DNA of 64,000 nt from Amphiscolops sp. MND2022 (Eukaryota), in contig OZ076409.1 in NCBI GenBank assembly GCA_964187785.1, positions 92,816,001 through 92,880,000 on the forward strand. Direction: 5' to 3'. The notes under the pieces are model-generated. The model did no database searches and had not been told where the DNA came from. It was given only the letters and a program-made list of their open reading frames with translations. This document shows, piece after piece, positions 60,895-64,000 of this stretch (position 1 is the stretch's first letter; each line of letters begins with the position of its first letter). The position numbers and the translations under genes are program-made.

Positions 60895-63800
60895 GGAAGG
60901 AAGGAAGAAAGGAAGTGTATTTATTCAGATGCAAACATCAAAAGTTTATAAATACAAATATAAATACATTGATATCATCTAAAAAGGACAGAGAAAGAGC
61001 TTATACAGCTCGTCGAGTCTCTGCCCTGAGAATCAATTATGCAGCAACCTGAAATATTATTTTCAGAAATGGTCATCACGTTTATGTTTTCACCTCGAAA
61101 AAGTAGGTAATGAAAAAAATACAGGCTTGGATAGCGAGATGGGTAGTGATCCTTTCACAGAACGTCGAGTTTCATACATATTCCGATTATCCATTTCATC
61201 TCGAAAATCTAAAGGAGATTTGATAGCAATTGTTTGAAGATTTCGCGAAAAATTTCATTAATGAACATTTCGTAAATTGTCAGCATTTCCGTTTGTTGGT
61301 AAACATCTCTCAGGCTGTCAAACTTTTTGTGATAAAAATTGCCCTTAGAATACGACGCTGATCTTGGTCAATACTTTCCAAATCGTTTTTGTGGGCAATT
61401 CCATAAATAAATAAACCATAACTGATGATAGTTTTAGCATAAGAGTTATAAAAAGTTGGAACACAATGTTTCAGGTACATGTACTTGACTCTTTACATCA
61501 GTCCGCAGAATTTTTTCATTTTTTTTGGCTACGTAGCTGATATGTTCGCGAAAATTGAGCTGAGGGTCCAAATGAACGGCAAAGTAATTGCAGTGAGGCT
61601 AATCGGGGAGCTGATGTTATCAATTTTCAACGCTGGAGGTTGGCCGATACCAAAAGAAGTAGTTTCACATTTTGAAGAATTGATGGACAACTCGTTGCAA
61701 GCAAACCAATTTGTCATTTCATTTATATCAGTTTGTATCGTTACCGTTTTGTTTTTCGGATTGGAACAGAGAAGTATCGTCTGCAAATTTTTTCGATTTT
61801 ACTTTTCGTTGAACAAACAGCGGCAAGTCCTTGATATAAACTAGAAAAGGAAAGGCCCTATGATGGAATCTTGAGGTATATCATTAACAACAGGAAGTTT
61901 TTTGGTAATTCTGAAGGAAGGAAGGAAGGAAAGAAGGAAGGAAGGAAGGAAGTTTCTTTAATCAGATGCAAACATCAAAAATTTATAAGTACAAACATAA
62001 TTACAATGATAGCATCCAAAAAGGACCGAGAAAGAGCTTATACAGCTCGCCGAGTCTCTGCCCTGAGAATCAATTATGCAGTAACTTGAAATATTATTTT
62101 CAGAAATGGTCATCTTGTTTATGTTTTCACTTCGAATAAGTAGGTAATGAAAAAAATACAGGCTTGGATAGCGAGATGGGTAGTGATCATTTCACAGAAC
62201 GTCGAGTTTCATACATATTCCGATTATCCATTTCATCTCGAAAACCTAAAGGAGATTTGATAGCAATTGTTTGAAGATTTCGCGAAAAATTTCATTAATG
62301 AACATTTCGTAAATTGTCAGCATTTCCGTTTGTTGGTAAACATCTCTCAGGCTGTCAAACTTTTTGTGATAAAAATTGCCCTTAGAATACGACGCTGATC
62401 TTGGTCAATACTTTCCAAATCGTTTTTGTGGGCAATTCCATAAATAAATAAACCATAACTGATGATAGTTTTAGCATAAGAGTTATAAAAAGTTGGAACA
62501 CAATGTTTCGGGTACATGTACTTGACTCTTTACATCAGTCCGCAGAATTTTTTCATTTTTTTGGCTACGTAGCTGATATGTTCGCGAAAATTGAGCTGAG
62601 GGTCCAAATGAACGGCAAAGTAATTGCAGTGAGGCTAATCGGGGAGCTGATGTTATCAATTTTCAACGCTGGAGGTTGGCCGATACCAAAAGAAGTAGTT
62701 TCACATTTTGAAGAATTGATGGACAACTCGTTGCAAGCAAACCAATTTGTCATTTCATTTATATCAGTTTGTATCGTTACCGTTTTGTTTTTCGGATTGG
62801 AACAGAGAAGTATCGTCTGCAAATTTTTTCGATTTTACTTTTCGTTGAACAAACAGCGGCAAGTCCTTGATATAAACTAGAAAAGGAAAGGCCCCATAGT
62901 GGAATCTTGAGGTATATCATTAACAACAGGAAGTTTTTTGGTAATTCTGAAGGAAGGAAGGAAGGAAGGAAGGAAGGAAGGAAGGAAGTTTCTTTAATCA
63001 GATGCAAACATCAAAAATTTATAAATACAAATATAAATACAATGATAGCATCCAAAAAGGACCGAGAAAGAGCTTATACAGCTCGCCGAGTCTCTGCCCT
63101 GAGAATCAATTATGCAGTAACTTGAAATATTATTTTCAGAAATGGTCATCTTGTTTATGTTTTCACCTCGAAGAAGTAGGTAATGAAAAAAATACAGGCT
63201 TGGATAGCGAGATGGATAATGATCCTTTCACAGAACGTCGAGTTTCATACATATTCCGATTATCCATTTCATCTCGAAATCTAAAGGAGATTTGATAGCA
63301 ATTGTTTGAAGATTTCGCGAAAAACTTCATTAATGAACATTTCGTAAATTGTCAGAGTTTCCGTTTGTTGGTAAACATCGCTCAGGTTGTCAAACTTTTT
63401 GTGATAAAAATTGCCCTTAGAATACGACGCTGATCTTGGTCAATACTTTCCAAATCAATTTTGTGGGCAATCCCATAAATAAATAAACCATAATTGATGA
63501 TAGTTTTAGCATAAGAGTTATAAAAAGTTGGAACACAATGCTTCGGGTACATGTACTTGACTCTTTATATCAGTCCGCAGAATTTTTTCAATTTTTTGGC
63601 TACGTAGCTGATATGTTCGCGAAAATTGAGCTGAGGGTCCAAATGAACGGCAAAGTAATTGCAGTGAGGCTAAGCGGGGAGCTGATATTATCAATTTTCA
63701 ACGCTGGAGGTTGGCCGATACCAAAAGAAGTAGTTTCACATTTTGAAGAATTGATGGACAACTCGTTGCAAGCAAACCAATTTGTCATTTCATTTATATC

Positions 63801-64000
63801 AGTTTGTATCGTTACCGTTTTGTTTTTCGGATTGGAACAGAGAAGTATCGTCTGCAAATTTTTTCGATTTTACTTTTCGTTGAACAAACAGCGGCAAGTC
63901 CTTGATATAAACTAGAAAAGGAAAGGCCCTATGATTGAATCTTGAGGTTTATCATTAACAACGAGAAGTTTTTTGGTAATTCTGAAGGAAGGAAGGAAAG
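60895..64000 (-). repeat. Tandem array (~1035-bp unit, 3 or more copies) of a 5'-truncated CR1/L2-like LINE 3' end
   Basis: Period 1035-1036 bp. Minus strand encodes frameshifted RT motifs (IPQDSIIGPFLF..VYIKDL, FADDT, NWFACNELSINSSKC), then AATAAA-like sequence and a (CTTC)n tail. Confidence 0.9.

Noticed and set aside
61479..63915. Repeated plus-strand 121-125-aa ORFs
   Set aside because: Antisense by-products of the decayed LINE RT in the tandem units.

Overview
AT-rich eukaryotic (probably metazoan) DNA made almost entirely of transposable elements; no host gene is confidently seen. In order: a decayed BEL/Pao element (1-~4626); small repeats and palindromes; two large Ty3/Gypsy LTR retrotransposons on the minus strand (A: 10258-29564, 2237-bp LTRs, CTTAC TSD, open gag/pol; B: 32726-48357, 1613-bp LTRs, GAAAG TSD, three nonsense codons in gag/pol); an internally deleted hAT transposon (49387-50978, 8-bp TSD); an old short-LTR Gypsy (52087-57183); and a ~1035-bp tandem array of a LINE 3' fragment (~60895-64000). 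Main discovery candidate: A and B share no evident LTR similarity, yet each carries, between pol and the 3' LTR, an intact ANTISENSE, intron-containing gene (predicted ~1046 and ~1209 aa). The two genes are homologous, share three intron positions and phases, and look like zinc-finger-bearing, catalytically dead hAT transposase derivatives. Both elements also share a gag ORF that starts inside the LTR and is translated through the PBS, a -1 slippery site whose downstream sequence is complementary to a site 10-13 kb away, and an ORF crossing the PPT/U3 junction. Element A is studded with dozens of GATG-N7-GATG motifs. Gene models and protein similarities were worked out by eye and need computational confirmation.
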